Below are positions 47,816-59,234 of a stretch of 64,000 bases of DNA, one piece after another. Source of the stretch: an uncultured Alphaproteobacteria bacterium (GTDB taxonomy: Bacteria > Pseudomonadota > Alphaproteobacteria > ATCC43930 > CGMCC-115725); NCBI GenBank assembly GCA_963818695.1, contig CAWFTG010000001.1, positions 347,027-411,026 of the forward strand, in the 5' to 3' direction. The first letter of the stretch is position 1. Each line of letters begins with the position of its first letter. Both the position numbers and the translations under genes were made by a program. The notes beneath the pieces are model-generated. The model saw only the letters and a list, made by a program, of their open reading frames with translations, made no database searches and was not told the DNA's origin.

Positions 47816-48415
47816 CTAGTGCAGTTGATCGAGTGCGAGGTTGAGCTTGAGGACATTGATCCGCTTCTCGCCGAGGACGCCGAGCAACCGGTCTTGGATC
47901 ATATCGGCAACGAGGGCGTGGACCTTGTCCTGAGGCAAATTGCGGGCCTTCGCGACACGGGGCACCTGGAATTCGGCGGCGGCGGGAGTGATATCGGGGT
48001 CGAGCCCGCTTCCGGAGGTGGTCACCAGATCGACCGGGATCGGCGTGGAAGGATTTTCCGCCGTGAGCTTTTCGGCGTCATCCTTGACGCGGTCGACCAG
48101 CGGCTGGCTAGTCGGCCCGAGATTTGAGCCGCCGGAATTGTCGGCGGCATAGGGCGCCGGGAGCGTTTTCGTCGGGTGGTTGGGGTCGGGCTCGGTGGTG
48201 GCCGAGGGGCGGGGATGAAAATATTTGGCGTCGGTGAAATTCTGGCCGATCAGCTCGGAGCCGATCACCTTGCCGTCCTTCTCGATCAAGCTGCCATTGG
48301 CCTGATGCGGAAAGACGAGCTGCGCAATGCCGGTCATGCCGAGCGGGTAAATGAGGCCGGTGATGACCGTCATCACGATGATCATCATGATGGCAGGGCG
48401 GATTTGGCGGAGCAT
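47816..48415 (-). CDS. kdpC: potassium-transporting ATPase subunit C
   Basis: [26 protein letters not shown]-terminus, then [13 protein letters not shown]. Confidence 0.9.
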   Translation of the reverse strand: MLRQIRPAIMMIIVMTVITGLIYPLGMTGIAQLVFPHQANGSLIEKDGKVIGSELIGQNFTDAKYFHPRPSATTEPDPNHPTKTLPAPYAADNSGGSNLGPTSQPLVDRVKDDAEKLTAENPSTPIPVDLVTTSGSGLDPDITPAAAEFQVPRVAKARNLPQDKVHALVADMIQDRLLGVLGEKRINVLKLNLALDQLH

Positions 48416-48427
48416 ATGGGGCGATCC

Positions 48428-50599
48428 TCAGGCAAGGCCGATGGCGGTGACCGCCAGGTCGATGAGCTTGATGCCGACGAACGGCACGATGATGCCGCCG
48501 ACGCCGTAAATCAGCAGGTTGCGGCGCAAGATGCTCGCCGCGCCGGTCGGGCGATACTGCACACCCCGCAGCGCCAGCGGGATCAGTGCGATGATAATGA
48601 GCGCGTTGAAGATGATCGCCGAAAGGATAGCGCTCTCCGGGTTGTGCAGCCGCATCACGTTGAGCACGCCGAGCTGCGGGTAAAACGCCACAAACATCGC
48701 CGGGATGATCGCGAAGTACTTCGCAACGTCGTTCGCAATCGAAAACGTGGTCAGCGCGCCGCGAGTAATCAGCAGTTGTTTGCCGATCTCGACGATCTCG
48801 ATCAACTTGGTCGGGTCGCTGTCGAGATCGACCATGTTGCCGGCCTCACGCGCCGCCATCGTACCGGTGTTCATCGCGACGCCGACATCCGATTGCGCGA
48901 GCGCCGGTGCGTCGTTGGTGCCATCGCCGCACATCGCAACGAGCTTGCCTTTGGCCTGCTCCTCGCGGATCAGCTTCAGCTTCTCCTCGGGCGTCGCTTG
49001 AGCGAGAAAGTCGTCGACCCCGGATTCGGCAGCGATCGCGGCTGCGGTCAGCGGATTGTCGCCGGTGATCATCACGGTGCGGATGCCCATTCGCCGCAAT
49101 TCGGCAAAGCGCTCGCGGATACCGCCCTTGACGATGTCCTTCAGGTGGATGACGCCGAGCAGCCGATCGTTTTTGGCGACGGCGAGTGGCGTGCCGCCCT
49201 CTCGAGCGATGCGTTCGGCAACAACGGTCACCTGCCGGACCGCATCGGAGACCGGTGCCGCGCGCAATGCCGCCTGCGCTCCCCCGGTGGCGCCGCGCCA
49301 TAGAGGGCCGGCGCTGCTGCCTTCCGTAAAGGCGATGATCGCGTCGACCGCGCCCTTGCGGATCGAAACGCCCTCGACATCGATGCCGCTCATTCGGGTC
49401 TGCGCCGAGAACGGCACAAAGCTCGCATTGAGCGGCGCCATTTCACGAGCCCGGAGCGCGTATTTCTCCTTGGCCAACACGACGATCGAGCGGCCCTCGG
49501 GGGTTTCGTCGGACAGCGAGGCGAGCTGCGCTGCGTCGGCCAACTCGCCCTCCTCGACGCCGGGAAGGGCGAGAAACTCGGTCGCCTGCCGATTGCCGAG
49601 CGTGATCGTGCCGGTCTTGTCGAGCAGCAAGGTGTCGACATCGCCGGCGGCCTCGACCGCGCGGCCGGACATCGCCAGCACGTTGAAGCGCACGAGCCGG
49701 TCCATGCCGGCAATGCCGATCGCCGACAACAGCGCGCCGATCGTCGTCGGGATCAGGCAGACGAACAGCGCGATCAGGACAACGACCGACACCGCACCCC
49801 CTGCATACGAGGCAAAGCTCGGGATCGTGACGGTGGCAAAGACGAAGATCAGCGTCATGCCGGCGAGCAGGATGTTGAGCGCGATCTCGTTGGGTGTCTT
49901 TTGCCGCACTGCACCCTCGACGAGCGCGATCATGCGGTCGATAAAGGTCGAGCCCTGCCCCGCGGTGATGCGCACTCTGAGCCAGTCCGATGTCACACGC
50001 GTCCCGCCGGTGACCGCTGAGCGGTCGCCGCCGCTCTCACGGATCACGGGGGCCGATTCCCCGGTGATCGCCAATTCATCGACCGAGGCGACGCCTTCGA
50101 TGACCTCGCCGTCGCTCGGGATCAGGTCACCGGTCTCGACCAGCACCAGATCGCTCGCCCTGAGCGCGGTTGCGTCGACCAGTTCGAAGTTGCGCGAGTT
50201 GGCGGCTTGCAGGCGCTTGGCCTTGGTCTCGGTCCGGGTCCGGCGCAGCGCGTCGGCCTGCGCCTTGCCTCGTCCCTCGGCGACGGCTTCCGCGAAATTG
50301 GCGAACAGCACCGTGAACCATAGCCACACGGTGATCTGGCCGGAGAACAACGCGCTGCTGCCGACCACCGTGCCGCCGCCGAAGAACAGATCGCGCAGGA
50401 AGAAGATCGTCGTCAGCACCGAGACGATCTCGACGCAGAACATGACCGGGTTCTTGACCAGGGTGCGCGGGTCGAGCTTCCGGAACGAGGCCCAGATTGC
50501 CGGTACGATCAGCGAGCGGTCGAGGATCGCGAGCGGCCGCACATGTCGCCTGACGAGCTCGGTTGGCGGCGGTGCGAAAGTCGAAGAGAGGTCGGTCAT
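48428..50599 (-). CDS. kdpB: potassium-transporting P-type ATPase subunit B
   Basis: DKTGTIT phosphorylation motif, then [10 protein letters not shown] and [17 protein letters not shown]. Confidence 0.95.
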   Translation of the reverse strand: MTDLSSTFAPPPTELVRRHVRPLAILDRSLIVPAIWASFRKLDPRTLVKNPVMFCVEIVSVLTTIFFLRDLFFGGGTVVGSSALFSGQITVWLWFTVLFANFAEAVAEGRGKAQADALRRTRTETKAKRLQAANSRNFELVDATALRASDLVLVETGDLIPSDGEVIEGVASVDELAITGESAPVIRESGGDRSAVTGGTRVTSDWLRVRITAGQGSTFIDRMIALVEGAVRQKTPNEIALNILLAGMTLIFVFATVTIPSFASYAGGAVSVVVLIALFVCLIPTTIGALLSAIGIAGMDRLVRFNVLAMSGRAVEAAGDVDTLLLDKTGTITLGNRQATEFLALPGVEEGELADAAQLASLSDETPEGRSIVVLAKEKYALRAREMAPLNASFVPFSAQTRMSGIDVEGVSIRKGAVDAIIAFTEGSSAGPLWRGATGGAQAALRAAPVSDAVRQVTVVAERIAREGGTPLAVAKNDRLLGVIHLKDIVKGGIRERFAELRRMGIRTVMITGDNPLTAAAIAAESGVDDFLAQATPEEKLKLIREEQAKGKLVAMCGDGTNDAPALAQSDVGVAMNTGTMAAREAGNMVDLDSDPTKLIEIVEIGKQLLITRGALTTFSIANDVAKYFAIIPAMFVAFYPQLGVLNVMRLHNPESAILSAIIFNALIIIALIPLALRGVQYRPTGAASILRRNLLIYGVGGIIVPFVGIKLIDLAVTAIGLA

Positions 50600-50627
50600 A
50601 CTGAAGATCCCTCGGGAATTACGTTTC

Positions 50628-52364
50628 TCATGGGCCCGGATACAGCTTGCCCTGGTTCATCGCGACCTGCTCGACCGCCGGCCCGAGTGAGACGGCGGGG
50701 AAATACGTAAGGCCGCCCATGATCAGGATGACACCCATCAAGAGGCCGACAAACATTGGCCGATTGGTGGGAAAGGTGCCCGCTGATGGGGCAAGGAGCT
50801 TTTTCTGAGCCAGCGATCCGGCAACTGCCAAGAGCGGGATGACAAAGATGAACCGCCCGATCAGCATCGCGCCGGCTATAGTCAGGTTGTAGAACATCGT
50901 GTTTGCCGACAGCCCGGCAAAAGCGCTGCCGTTGTTGGCGGTGCCCTCGCTATAGGCGTAGAGGATCTCGGAAAAGCCATGCGGCCCGCCATTGGCAATG
51001 CTGGCGAGGCCCGGTGGCAATACAGTCGCCAGCGCGGTCCACCCGAGGATCGAGAGCGGCAGGCTCAGCAGCGCGAGAATGGTCATTTTGACCTCCTTCG
51101 CCTCGAGCTTCTTGCCGAGATATTCGGGTGTACGCCCGACCATCAGCCCGGCGACGAACATCGCGACGATCGCGAAAGCGAGGATGCCGTAGAGGCCCGA
51201 GCCGACGCCGCCGAAGATCACCTCGCCGAGCTGCATGTTGACCATCGGCACCATGCCGCCGACCGGCAGGTAGCTGTCATGCATCGAATTGACGGCACCG
51301 CATGAGGTGTCGGTGGTGACCGTGGCCCATAAGGAGGAAAGCGCCGGGCCGAACCGCACCTCTTTCCCTTCCATGTTGCCACCGGATTGAGTGGCGCTGT
51401 ACATCGAATCGACGTTGTATTGCGCAAAGGCCGGATTGCCATGCGATTCGGCCCAGTAAGCGGTCGTCACGCCGGCGAGAAACAACAGGCCCATCGCAGC
51501 GAAGATCGCCCAGCCCTGGCGCTCGTCTTTGACCATCCGTCCCAGCACATTGGTCAGTGCGGCGCCTATCGCAAAGATCGCGACCAACTCGATCAGATTA
51601 GTCACCGGGTTCGGGTTCTCGAAGGGATGCGCCGAGTTAGCGTTAAAGAACCCGCCGCCATTAGTGCCGAGTTCCTTGATGATCTCCTGCGAGGCGACCG
51701 GCCCCTGTGCGATGACCTGTTTCGTCCCTTCGAGCGTCGTCGCTTCGGTATAGGCGCCCAAATTCTGCGGTACGCCCAGCCAGACGAGGGCCAATGCCCC
51801 GACGACCGAGATCGGTATCAGGACGTAGAGCGTGGTGCGCGTAAGGTCGACCCAAAAATTGCCGATGGCCTTGGCCTCGCGCCGCACGAACCCACGGATC
51901 AGCGCCAGCGCCAACGCGATACCCGTCGCCGCCGATACGAAATTGTGCACGGTGAGACCAGCCATCGGCACTAGGTAGCCCATCGTGGTTTCGCCGCTGT
52001 AGGCCTGCCAGTTCGTGTTGGTGATAAAGCTGACGGAGGTATCGAAGGCGAGGCTCTGCTCGACCCCGGTCTGGCCCTGCGGGTTGAACGGCAGGTACCA
52101 TTGCAGCCGCTGCAGCGCGTAAAGGCTGCCAAAGCCGGCGACGCTGAAGAACAGCAGCGCGACGGCATAGGTAATCCAGTGCTGCTCTTCCTTTTCATTG
52201 ACGCCGCAGCACCAATACACCGCACGCTCGACCGGCCGTAGGATGGGGCTGAGAAAGGTCCGCTCGCCATTGAAGACACGCGTTATATAGCCGCCGAGCG
52301 GGCGCGTGATGAGGATCACGATCACACTGAAGAGCGCGATCTGGATCCATCCATTGAGGGTCAT
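50628..52364 (-). CDS. kdpA: potassium-transporting ATPase subunit A
   Basis: 578 aa, with N-terminus [27 protein letters not shown]. The selectivity-filter-like motifs [21 protein letters not shown] are present. Confidence 0.95.
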   Translation of the reverse strand: MTLNGWIQIALFSVIVILITRPLGGYITRVFNGERTFLSPILRPVERAVYWCCGVNEKEEQHWITYAVALLFFSVAGFGSLYALQRLQWYLPFNPQGQTGVEQSLAFDTSVSFITNTNWQAYSGETTMGYLVPMAGLTVHNFVSAATGIALALALIRGFVRREAKAIGNFWVDLTRTTLYVLIPISVVGALALVWLGVPQNLGAYTEATTLEGTKQVIAQGPVASQEIIKELGTNGGGFFNANSAHPFENPNPVTNLIELVAIFAIGAALTNVLGRMVKDERQGWAIFAAMGLLFLAGVTTAYWAESHGNPAFAQYNVDSMYSATQSGGNMEGKEVRFGPALSSLWATVTTDTSCGAVNSMHDSYLPVGGMVPMVNMQLGEVIFGGVGSGLYGILAFAIVAMFVAGLMVGRTPEYLGKKLEAKEVKMTILALLSLPLSILGWTALATVLPPGLASIANGGPHGFSEILYAYSEGTANNGSAFAGLSANTMFYNLTIAGAMLIGRFIFVIPLLAVAGSLAQKKLLAPSAGTFPTNRPMFVGLLMGVILIMGGLTYFPAVSLGPAVEQVAMNQGKLYPGP

Positions 52365-52373
52365 CGAACGCTC

Positions 52374-52463
52374 CTAGAACCGCTCGGGGTTGATCAGCGC
52401 GTAGACGAGATAGACCATGATCACGAGGGTCACGATCGAGCCGAGGACGTAGTCGAACAGCAT
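52374..52463 (-). CDS. kdpF: potassium-transporting ATPase subunit F (29 aa)
   Basis: Hand translation gives MLFDYVLGSIVTLVIMVYLVYALINPERF*. It has the canonical KdpF ending YAL-x-x-PE-x-F and lies 9 nt upstream of kdpA. It is too short for the ORF track. Confidence 0.75.
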   Translation of the reverse strand: MLFDYVLGSIVTLVIMVYLVYALINPERF

Positions 52464-52470
52464 CGCTCTC

Positions 52471-52554
52471 TCACATTCTTTCGCAGGCGAGCACATAGAG
52501 GATTGAGGCCGCGAAGAAGCCGGCGCCGATTGCGATCATCATGAAATCGAGCAT
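52471..52554 (-). CDS. candidate 27-aa single-TM peptide upstream of kdpF
   Basis: Hand translation gives MLDFMMIAIGAGFFAASILYVLACERM*. ATG 52554 lies 6 nt after GAGGT, and the stop is 7 nt before the kdpF start. Confidence 0.4.
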   Translation of the reverse strand: MLDFMMIAIGAGFFAASILYVLACERM

Positions 52555-52995
52555 GTGATTACCTCAGCAGGATCCTGCAGACCCTGGAATTCTTCACTCT
52601 GTACTTTGCCAAGAACGCCCAGCCGGGCAGCTTTGATGCAGGTTAAATCGACACCCGTTCACCATAAACCAGGATAGCCAATACCCGCGTTATCCCCGGC
52701 TCGGACGCGCCCGTTCTCCGGGCCCGGTTGCACGGATCAAATGCACTTTCCACCATTAGGATTTGAGAGGCATTGACGCCTTGTGTTATAAAAGAGCTAT
52801 AAAGAGTCTCCCGGTCCCTCGTTCCACGAAAAGGCCGCAGCTGGACTACCCGGCTTCGTCAGCTGCAGAACAGGAAATCCAGGTAAGCTCCTCACTTTCG
52901 GTGTCCCGGCGGTCCGGCCGACGGTAGGATACTGCCCCAGAAAAGGGACACATCCGAATTGCTCGGCTTTCTGGAACCACTGCTTCACCACGCAC

Positions 52996-55506
52996 ATGCT
53001 CGACATCGCCTTTGTACTGATCGTCATTACCGCTCTGTTGGTCATTGTTGGTCTATGCCAGCCGCTGGCGGCTTATTTGAAGCTGCCGCCGCCTGTCCTG
53101 CTTGGCGTGGTTGGCCTGGCCCTGGGAGGGTTTCCTGCCCTGGTGACCCATCTGGGCTGGTCCCGCGAGACAGATACATTTTACGAAGTCTTCGTCGACC
53201 TACCGGTCAGTTCCGGCACCTTTATCTACGTCTTTCTTCCCGTGCTCGTCTTCGAGGCCGGTATTGCCACCGACGTCAGGCGAATGCTGGAAGATGCGGC
53301 GCCGATCCTGCTCCTCGCGATCGTTGCCACGTTGATTTCCACCGCAGTCATCGGTTTGGCGCTTTGGCCGTTTGGTCGGGTCTCGTTGGTGGTCTGCTTG
53401 CTGCTCGGCTCTGTAGTGTCAACCACCGACCCCGCTGCGGTCATCGCCATCTTTCGCGACATCGGCGCACCGGCCCGTTTGACCCGCTTGGTCGAGGGCG
53501 AGGCTTTGCTCAACGACGCCGCGGCGATCGCGTTATTCGCCGTCTTGCTCGGAATGATCGGAACCGGTCGTGAGCTGGACATAGGTTCCGGGCTGAAAGA
53601 GTTCTTCATGTCGTTTGTCGGCGGCGGTCTGTTCGGAATGCTCGCCGGCCGGGCGCTGCTCGCAGTCATTCCATGGGTTCACGACGACCGCCTCGCGGAG
53701 GCTACTTTGACCCTGGCGCTCGCTTATGGGGTTTTTATCGTCGCCGAGCGCCTGCTTCATGTATCGGGCGTCGTCGCCGTGCTGGCATCCGCCCTGACCA
53801 TCAGCGCGCTCGGCCGTTCTCGTATTGTGCCCTACAATTGGTCCTTCCTGACCGATCTCTGGGATCAGATCGCCTTTTGGGCCCGGTCGTTGATTTTCAT
53901 CCTTGCCTCGATCCTTGTTCCAAAGCTGCTCGGCGATATTGGCACCCACGATCTGCTGCTCCTTGCGGTCCTGATAGTGGCGGCATTCGCGGCTCGCGCC
54001 CTCGTGCTGTTCGTGCTCATGCCACTGCTCGAGCTCGTCAAACTCACCCAGCCGATTAGTTCCGCCTATAAGTACGCGATCATCTGGGGCGGATTGCGCG
54101 GTGCGTTAACTTTGGTGCTGGCGCTCGGAGTGACCGAAAACACAGCCCTCGATCAGCGCGCTCAGCGGTTTGTAGCGGCGCTCGCAACCGGCTTTGTACT
54201 CTTGACGCTTTTCGTCAACGGCACGACGTTGCGTCTGGTCATCGCCGTGCTCGGGCTCCAACGCCTTTCGCCGCGAAACCAGGTCCTCCGCGACCGGGTT
54301 CTCGCCGTCGCTTATTCCGAAGTGGCCGATTCGGTGCGCCACATGGCGCAATACCATGGTCTCGCTGCAAGCTCGGTCGAGCAAGTCATCGAACCATACC
54401 AAACCTGGATTACCGCGGCGGACGCCCGGGATGAAGCCGAGCGGCTTCCCGAGCGGGAGCGGCTGGCGATCGCACTGGTTGCTCTGGGCAACCAGGAGCG
54501 GGTGCTCGTCCTGGAAACCCGTGCCGATCAGGTTGCGTCGCAGGCGACCGTTCAGGTGTTGTTACGAAATGCGGATGCCCTGGTCGAAGGCGCGCGTTCC
54601 GAGGGCCGTCTTGGATACCATAGAGCTGCCGAAGCGACGCTCGCGTTTCCGCCGGCATTCCGGGTCGCCTATTTCCTCTACCGACATTTCGGAATTCAGC
54701 GGTTTCTTGCCGATCGGCTGGCTAACCGGGTCGAACTGCTGCTAGTAACTCGGCTATTGGTCGAACGGCTGATCAGCTTCAACGATGAGCGTCTGGGCAC
54801 AGTTTTCCAAGAACGGCTGACCGAGATCACCCGGGAAATACTCGAGCGTCGTCGCGAAGAAGCGGGCAACGCCTTGGATGCGCTTCGGCGGCAATACCCC
54901 GACTACGTGGCGGCTCTTGAAGAAAGATTCCTGCGTCAATCCGCGCTGCGGCAAGAGATGGGCCGGTATCAGGCCTTGTTCGAAGAAGGGTTGATCCCGC
55001 AGGAACTCTACGACGATCTGAAGCGGGGAATATCCCGCAACCGTGCCGAGCCGCGGCCGCGATTCGAGATCGGCCTGGACACGCATCGCCTGATTGAGAG
55101 GCTCGATATCCTCTCGGGCCTCGACGAGCGGCAGCTGGAGCGTGTGGCCCAGCTGCTGCGGCCGCGCTTTACTGTGCCGAACGAACGCGTCATCCGCCAG
55201 GGGGACCGAGGGGACGCCGTCTTTTTTATTGCATCCGGTGCTGTCGAGGTGAGATTGCCGGCACGCCGCGTGCGGCTCGGCAGCGGCGAGTTCTTCGGGG
55301 AAATGGCTCTACTGTCGGGTCGGCCGCGTCAGGCCGATGTGGTCGCTCTGACCTATTGCCGGCTGCTCGTTCTGCGGAAAGCCGATTTTGAGCGTTTCCT
55401 CGCCGCAAATCCGGAGGCGAAAGCGGAGATCAATCGCATCGTCGAGGCGCGTCTTTCGGTGAACCGGGAGGACGGAGACCGAGCTGCCGAATCTGTATCG
55501 AAGTAA
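52996..55506 (+). CDS. CPA1 (NhaP-type) cation:proton antiporter fused to a C-terminal cyclic-nucleotide-binding domain
   Basis: ~420-aa multi-TM Na+/H+ exchanger domain (STTDPAAVIAIFRDIGAP...LVEGEALLNDAAAIALF), a long helical linker, and a CNB domain (VIRQGDRGDAVFFIASGAVEV...GEFFGEMALLSGRPRQADVVAL). Confidence 0.85.
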   Translation: MLDIAFVLIVITALLVIVGLCQPLAAYLKLPPPVLLGVVGLALGGFPALVTHLGWSRETDTFYEVFVDLPVSSGTFIYVFLPVLVFEAGIATDVRRMLEDAAPILLLAIVATLISTAVIGLALWPFGRVSLVVCLLLGSVVSTTDPAAVIAIFRDIGAPARLTRLVEGEALLNDAAAIALFAVLLGMIGTGRELDIGSGLKEFFMSFVGGGLFGMLAGRALLAVIPWVHDDRLAEATLTLALAYGVFIVAERLLHVSGVVAVLASALTISALGRSRIVPYNWSFLTDLWDQIAFWARSLIFILASILVPKLLGDIGTHDLLLLAVLIVAAFAARALVLFVLMPLLELVKLTQPISSAYKYAIIWGGLRGALTLVLALGVTENTALDQRAQRFVAALATGFVLLTLFVNGTTLRLVIAVLGLQRLSPRNQVLRDRVLAVAYSEVADSVRHMAQYHGLAASSVEQVIEPYQTWITAADARDEAERLPERERLAIALVALGNQERVLVLETRADQVASQATVQVLLRNADALVEGARSEGRLGYHRAAEATLAFPPAFRVAYFLYRHFGIQRFLADRLANRVELLLVTRLLVERLISFNDERLGTVFQERLTEITREILERRREEAGNALDALRRQYPDYVAALEERFLRQSALRQEMGRYQALFEEGLIPQELYDDLKRGISRNRAEPRPRFEIGLDTHRLIERLDILSGLDERQLERVAQLLRPRFTVPNERVIRQGDRGDAVFFIASGAVEVRLPARRVRLGSGEFFGEMALLSGRPRQADVVALTYCRLLVLRKADFERFLAANPEAKAEINRIVEARLSVNREDGDRAAESVSK

Positions 55507-56099
55507 CGTGAGGCCTGCGGCATTCGAGACCTCTTGCTCCCTCCCGCCATGTGCAGTGACGGTGCGCGGTGATCGCGTGATTGACCGATCCGCGCGAGGG
55601 CGATGAAACTGAGACCCGAGTTGTGCCAAATCCATGAATGAACGATCATCGGATAAGTTTTCGATTGAAAACCCGCGCCACCGTCGTGAAGAACGCATAA
55701 AGCTGGCCCGAGCAGCGGACCCCCTCATCTCCAACTCGAATCAGCGGCGGGGAGAAGAAATCACTTTGACGCAGGCGCTGTCGCCCGCCGCCTCAAATAA
55801 CGCAAAGCGCAGCGCATCCTTTTTTGGTGCGAAATACTCTGCCTATCAGCCCTTCTTCGCCTTTGGCAACCCAACGGCCTCGACGGTTCTCGCTCACTTC
55901 CAAATGGTGCAGGGTGAGCACGGCCGCAGGCGCAAAACTGGACATATTTGGTCTGCCGGTCTGTAACTGCTGACGCTCTCTAGAGCCGCTAATACAATGG
56001 GCGGCCGTCATTGGATTGCGAGAGGTCGCTGCTGCAGTATCGGCTCGACAACTGGCATGCTACCATGTTCATCCTAGGAGCGATGTCGATGATGATGGT

Positions 56100-56249
56100 G
56101 CCGCTTGCCATCGGACTGCGGGAACAAGACGCCGCGGCCGCAAAACCCAGCCTTACTCGCCAGTTCGGCGGCCTTCCGATCGCCCCTGACGGCCGCCAGG
56201 CCACCTTCGCTTTGAACCCCGCGTTGTGCTTCTTCCGTGTCCGTTTCAT
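56100..56249 (-). mobile_element. short decayed remnant of an IS3-family transposase orfA
   Basis: MKRTRKKHNAGFKAKVA (ORF 55989-56249) continues in a second frame as LAAVRGDRKAAELASKAGF (ORF 56074-56304). This is the characteristic IS3 OrfA N-terminal HTH region. No orfB and no inverted repeats were found. Confidence 0.45.
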
Positions 56250-56703
56250 GTCCTGCTTCTGCGCCTCCGGCGCTTTCTAGGGGCAGGGCTCCACCTTCGC
56301 TCACTCTATTTCGGGGTCCATCTCACTTGTCTTGGATCTTGGACCGGCTGCCAACTCTCGCTCGTATTAGTCGCCCAAAGATCTTAGCGCCCAGCGGGTT
56401 CGTTCAATCCACAGATCCGCAACTCCGATGCATCTACCCTGTTTGAGAAATCCGGGTTAGAATTCCCAGGCTTGGGGATCCTGCGAGATAGGGATGGCGA
56501 TCCCGATGGGTGAAGCCGCCGCTAGCGCGGCGCCGTTCTCACTTGCCAAGCCGGGCGCAGGAGCGAGCTGGCCCCAAGACCACCTGGAATCCGAAAAATG
56601 TCGGTAACAGCCCTTTCTGTTTGCAAAATTCTGGGCAGAAGGAGAATGCCGGTGAACCATCGACCCGCGGCGCGTTCGACCGATGGCTCACAGGAGAACG
56701 CAT

Positions 56704-58301
56704 ATGATCAGTCTCAGAAAAGCTAAACCGTGGTTTCTCCTTGGTCTATACTTGATCTGTATGTGCGGTTTAATGCTTCAAATAATTGAAACAAGAATCT
56801 TGTCGGTTATCTCATGGTACCATCTAGCATTTTTTTCGATCAGCATGGCGATGTTCGGGCTGACAGCAGGATCTCTTGTTATTTATTTTAAGGAGGGGTG
56901 GTTCGCCACCGAGCGGCTGTTCGAAAATATGGTCTGAATTTGCAGCGCGTTCGCGATTGCTACCGTGGTTTCGACACTCCTCTTGATCTCGACCGTGTTG
57001 ATGATCGGCGGGAAGCCAGAGTTTCTGATGATGGTACTGTTCTGGCTCAAGCTGATCGTTATCCTGGCGGCGCCTTACCTCTTCGCAGGAATGGCAATAT
57101 CGTTGGCCCTGACGCGCAGCCCCTGGCCCGTCCCGCTCGTCTACGGTGTAGATCTAATCGGAGCAGCGACCGGCTGCCTCGTTGTTCTCGCGGTGCTCAC
57201 TTTCGTCGATTCCGTTTCAGCGTTGCTTTTCGTCGGCACGGTAGGGCTTTAGCGGCCACTGCATTTTCACGCGCCCGCCGTGCATCGGCCTCCTCCCCGA
57301 ACGCGCCGCTCCTGCCCGTGGCCCGGTTTGGAATCTTCACTCGTCCAGCAACCCTGGCTACAGCCTTCGCCTTGTTTGCATTGGGTGATGCTGCAATCCA
57401 ACCGTACGGTCTGAACCTGTCGATCGTAAAGAATTCAGTTCGAGTCCATGGTACGGAGCGCCACCGCAACCCGTGTGTCGGAATTTATGCGTTGGAATTC
57501 GTTTCTCGCGTCAATGTGGGTCCGAGCGATCTCGGCGCTCCGTCGATGTGGGGGCCATCGTCCGAGACGCCCTCTTCCGATATAGAGCAGCGGGGGATGG
57601 CGATCGACGGCTCGGCCGGCACGAGCATGTACCGCTTTGACGGCGATTTCGGAAAGCTTGATTTCCTGAAATACGACGTGACCAATTTGGCCTACTACAT
57701 TCGCCATGCAGGCCGTGCCGCGGTAATCGGGGTTGGCGGTGGCCGCGACATACTCTCCGCACATCTCTTCGGATTTCAGGATATAACCGGCGTCGAGCTC
57801 AACCCGATCTTCATCGAGATGCTGTCACGAATGCTTCGGTCGTATAACCATTTGGTCGATCTTCCGGGAACGCGGGTATTCGTGGACGAAGCACGCAGTT
57901 GGTTTGCAAGGTCGGCTGACCATTTCGACAGTATAGAGATGAGCCTGGTTGATACCTGGGCCTCGACTGGAGCAGGCGCGTTCTCGCTGTCCGAAAACGG
58001 TCTTTACACGCTTCAGGGCTGGCGCACGTTTTTCGATCATCTGGCGCCATCGGGCGTGTTCACCGTCTCCCGGTGGTTTTCGCCCGCCAATGTCAACGAG
58101 ACTGGGCGGATGCGAAAAGGTGGCAAGCGAAAGGGCCGGTCTTATCAGGCCTGCCCTTTAGCATTGAGCCAATCAGGGGAATTTGGGATGATGTGTGCTC
58201 TCGATCCTCGGAAAGCCGTGTATGCCAAACCGCTGCCGCCGCGGCGATCTGCACAGTTCGGGTCGGCCTCGACGATCTCGTCTATTGGCGGCGCGGGGTG
58301 A
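56704..58301 (+). pseudogene. membrane-bound spermidine-synthase-like (polyamine aminopropyltransferase fold) protein, with one in-frame TGA and at least one frameshift
   Basis: ATG 56704 follows GGAGAA. TM-rich ORFs 56683-56937 and 56965-57252 are in the same frame, separated by a single TGA (56935-56937). The methyltransferase-fold part (AAVIGVGGGRDILSAH...ITGVELNP...DSIEMSLVDTWASTGAGAFSLSENGLYT) lies in the frame of ORF 56898-58301. Confidence 0.6.
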
Positions 58302-58390
58302 CGGACTAACGCAGCCTCCGCGGCAGATCGCGTCTTGACCCTCAAAGGGCTGCTATATAGGGTGGTATCAGTTAACGTGAGACCAATTCC

Positions 58391-59215
58391 ATGACTGAAA
58401 CGATTATTATCGAACCGGGCCGGCTCGAGCGCAATTATTGGCTCGATCTTTGGCGATACCGCGAGTTGTTTCGGGTGCTCGCGTGGCGCGACTTGGCGGT
58501 GCGCTATAAGCAAACCGTGATCGGGGTCGCTTGGTCGGTGATCCGGCCGCTGCTGACGGTGCTTGTCTTTACGGTGGTCTTTGGCCGCATTGCAAAGCTG
58601 CCGTCCGACGGGACCGTCCCTTACCCGCTGCTGGTGTTCGCCGGCATGTTGCCATGGACGTTTTTCGCGACGGGATTGAGCGAGGCCTCCAACAGCCTGA
58701 TCAACAATGCCAATCTGATCAGCAAGGTGTATTTCCCGCGACTGATTGTGCCGACCGCGACGGTGGTCGTCGCGTTTGTCGATTTCCTGATCAGCTTTGC
58801 GCTCCTGCTGCTGCTGATGGCCTGGTACGAGTACCCGCCGGATTGGCGAATGCTGTTGTTGCCGGGATTTGTGCTGCTCGCTTTTGTCGCCAGCGTCGGA
58901 CCGGCATTATGGATCACCGCGCTCAATGTCAAATATCGGGATTTCCGCTACGTTATTCCGTTCATCGTGCAGTTCGGACTGTATGTATCGCCGGTCGGGT
59001 TCAGCTCGAGCGTCGTGCCCGGCGAGTGGCGGCTGCTTTACTCCCTCAATCCGATGGTCGGCGTCATCGACGGCTTTCGCTGGTCGATTCTCGGCGGGCA
59101 AAGCCCGCTCTATCTGCCTGGCCTGGCGGCCGGGTGCTGCGTCGCCGCGTTCTTTCTGTGGTTTGGTATCCACCGCTTCAGAAAGACGGAACGCAGCTTT
59201 GCCGATCTTATCTGA
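58391..59215 (+). CDS. wzm: ABC-2 type polysaccharide export permease
   Basis: WLDLWRYRELFRVLAWRDLAVRYKQTVIGVAWSVIRPLL N-terminal signature of Wzm/TagG/KpsM permeases; 6 TM segments. Confidence 0.85.
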   Translation: MTETIIIEPGRLERNYWLDLWRYRELFRVLAWRDLAVRYKQTVIGVAWSVIRPLLTVLVFTVVFGRIAKLPSDGTVPYPLLVFAGMLPWTFFATGLSEASNSLINNANLISKVYFPRLIVPTATVVVAFVDFLISFALLLLLMAWYEYPPDWRMLLLPGFVLLAFVASVGPALWITALNVKYRDFRYVIPFIVQFGLYVSPVGFSSSVVPGEWRLLYSLNPMVGVIDGFRWSILGGQSPLYLPGLAAGCCVAAFFLWFGIHRFRKTERSFADLI

Positions 59216-59234
59216 GGCCGATTTACCGTAAGCC

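Noticed and set aside
48176-50690. Two long plus-strand ORFs (48176-49303 and 49056-50690) across kdpB
   Set aside because: They are antisense to a complete P-type ATPase ([17 protein letters not shown]) and are low-complexity Ser/Arg/Ala-rich translations.
52555-52995. Riboswitch or other structured leader (e.g. a cyclic-dinucleotide type) in the kdp / NhaP divergent spacer
   Set aside because: I could not recognise any conserved riboswitch core or a terminator/antiterminator pair by eye. It needs a covariance-model scan rather than a claim.
55634-55966. 110-aa ORF (and overlapping minus-strand ORFs) in the region between the NhaP gene and the IS3 remnant
   Set aside because: There is no SD and no motif, it has mixed composition, and comparable ORFs overlap it on the other strand. 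It is treated as non-coding debris.
56935-56937. In-frame TGA read as selenocysteine or programmed read-through
   Set aside because: It lies inside a hydrophobic TM segment where Trp (TGG) fits. No stable SECIS-like hairpin follows immediately, and the gene carries further frame damage downstream.
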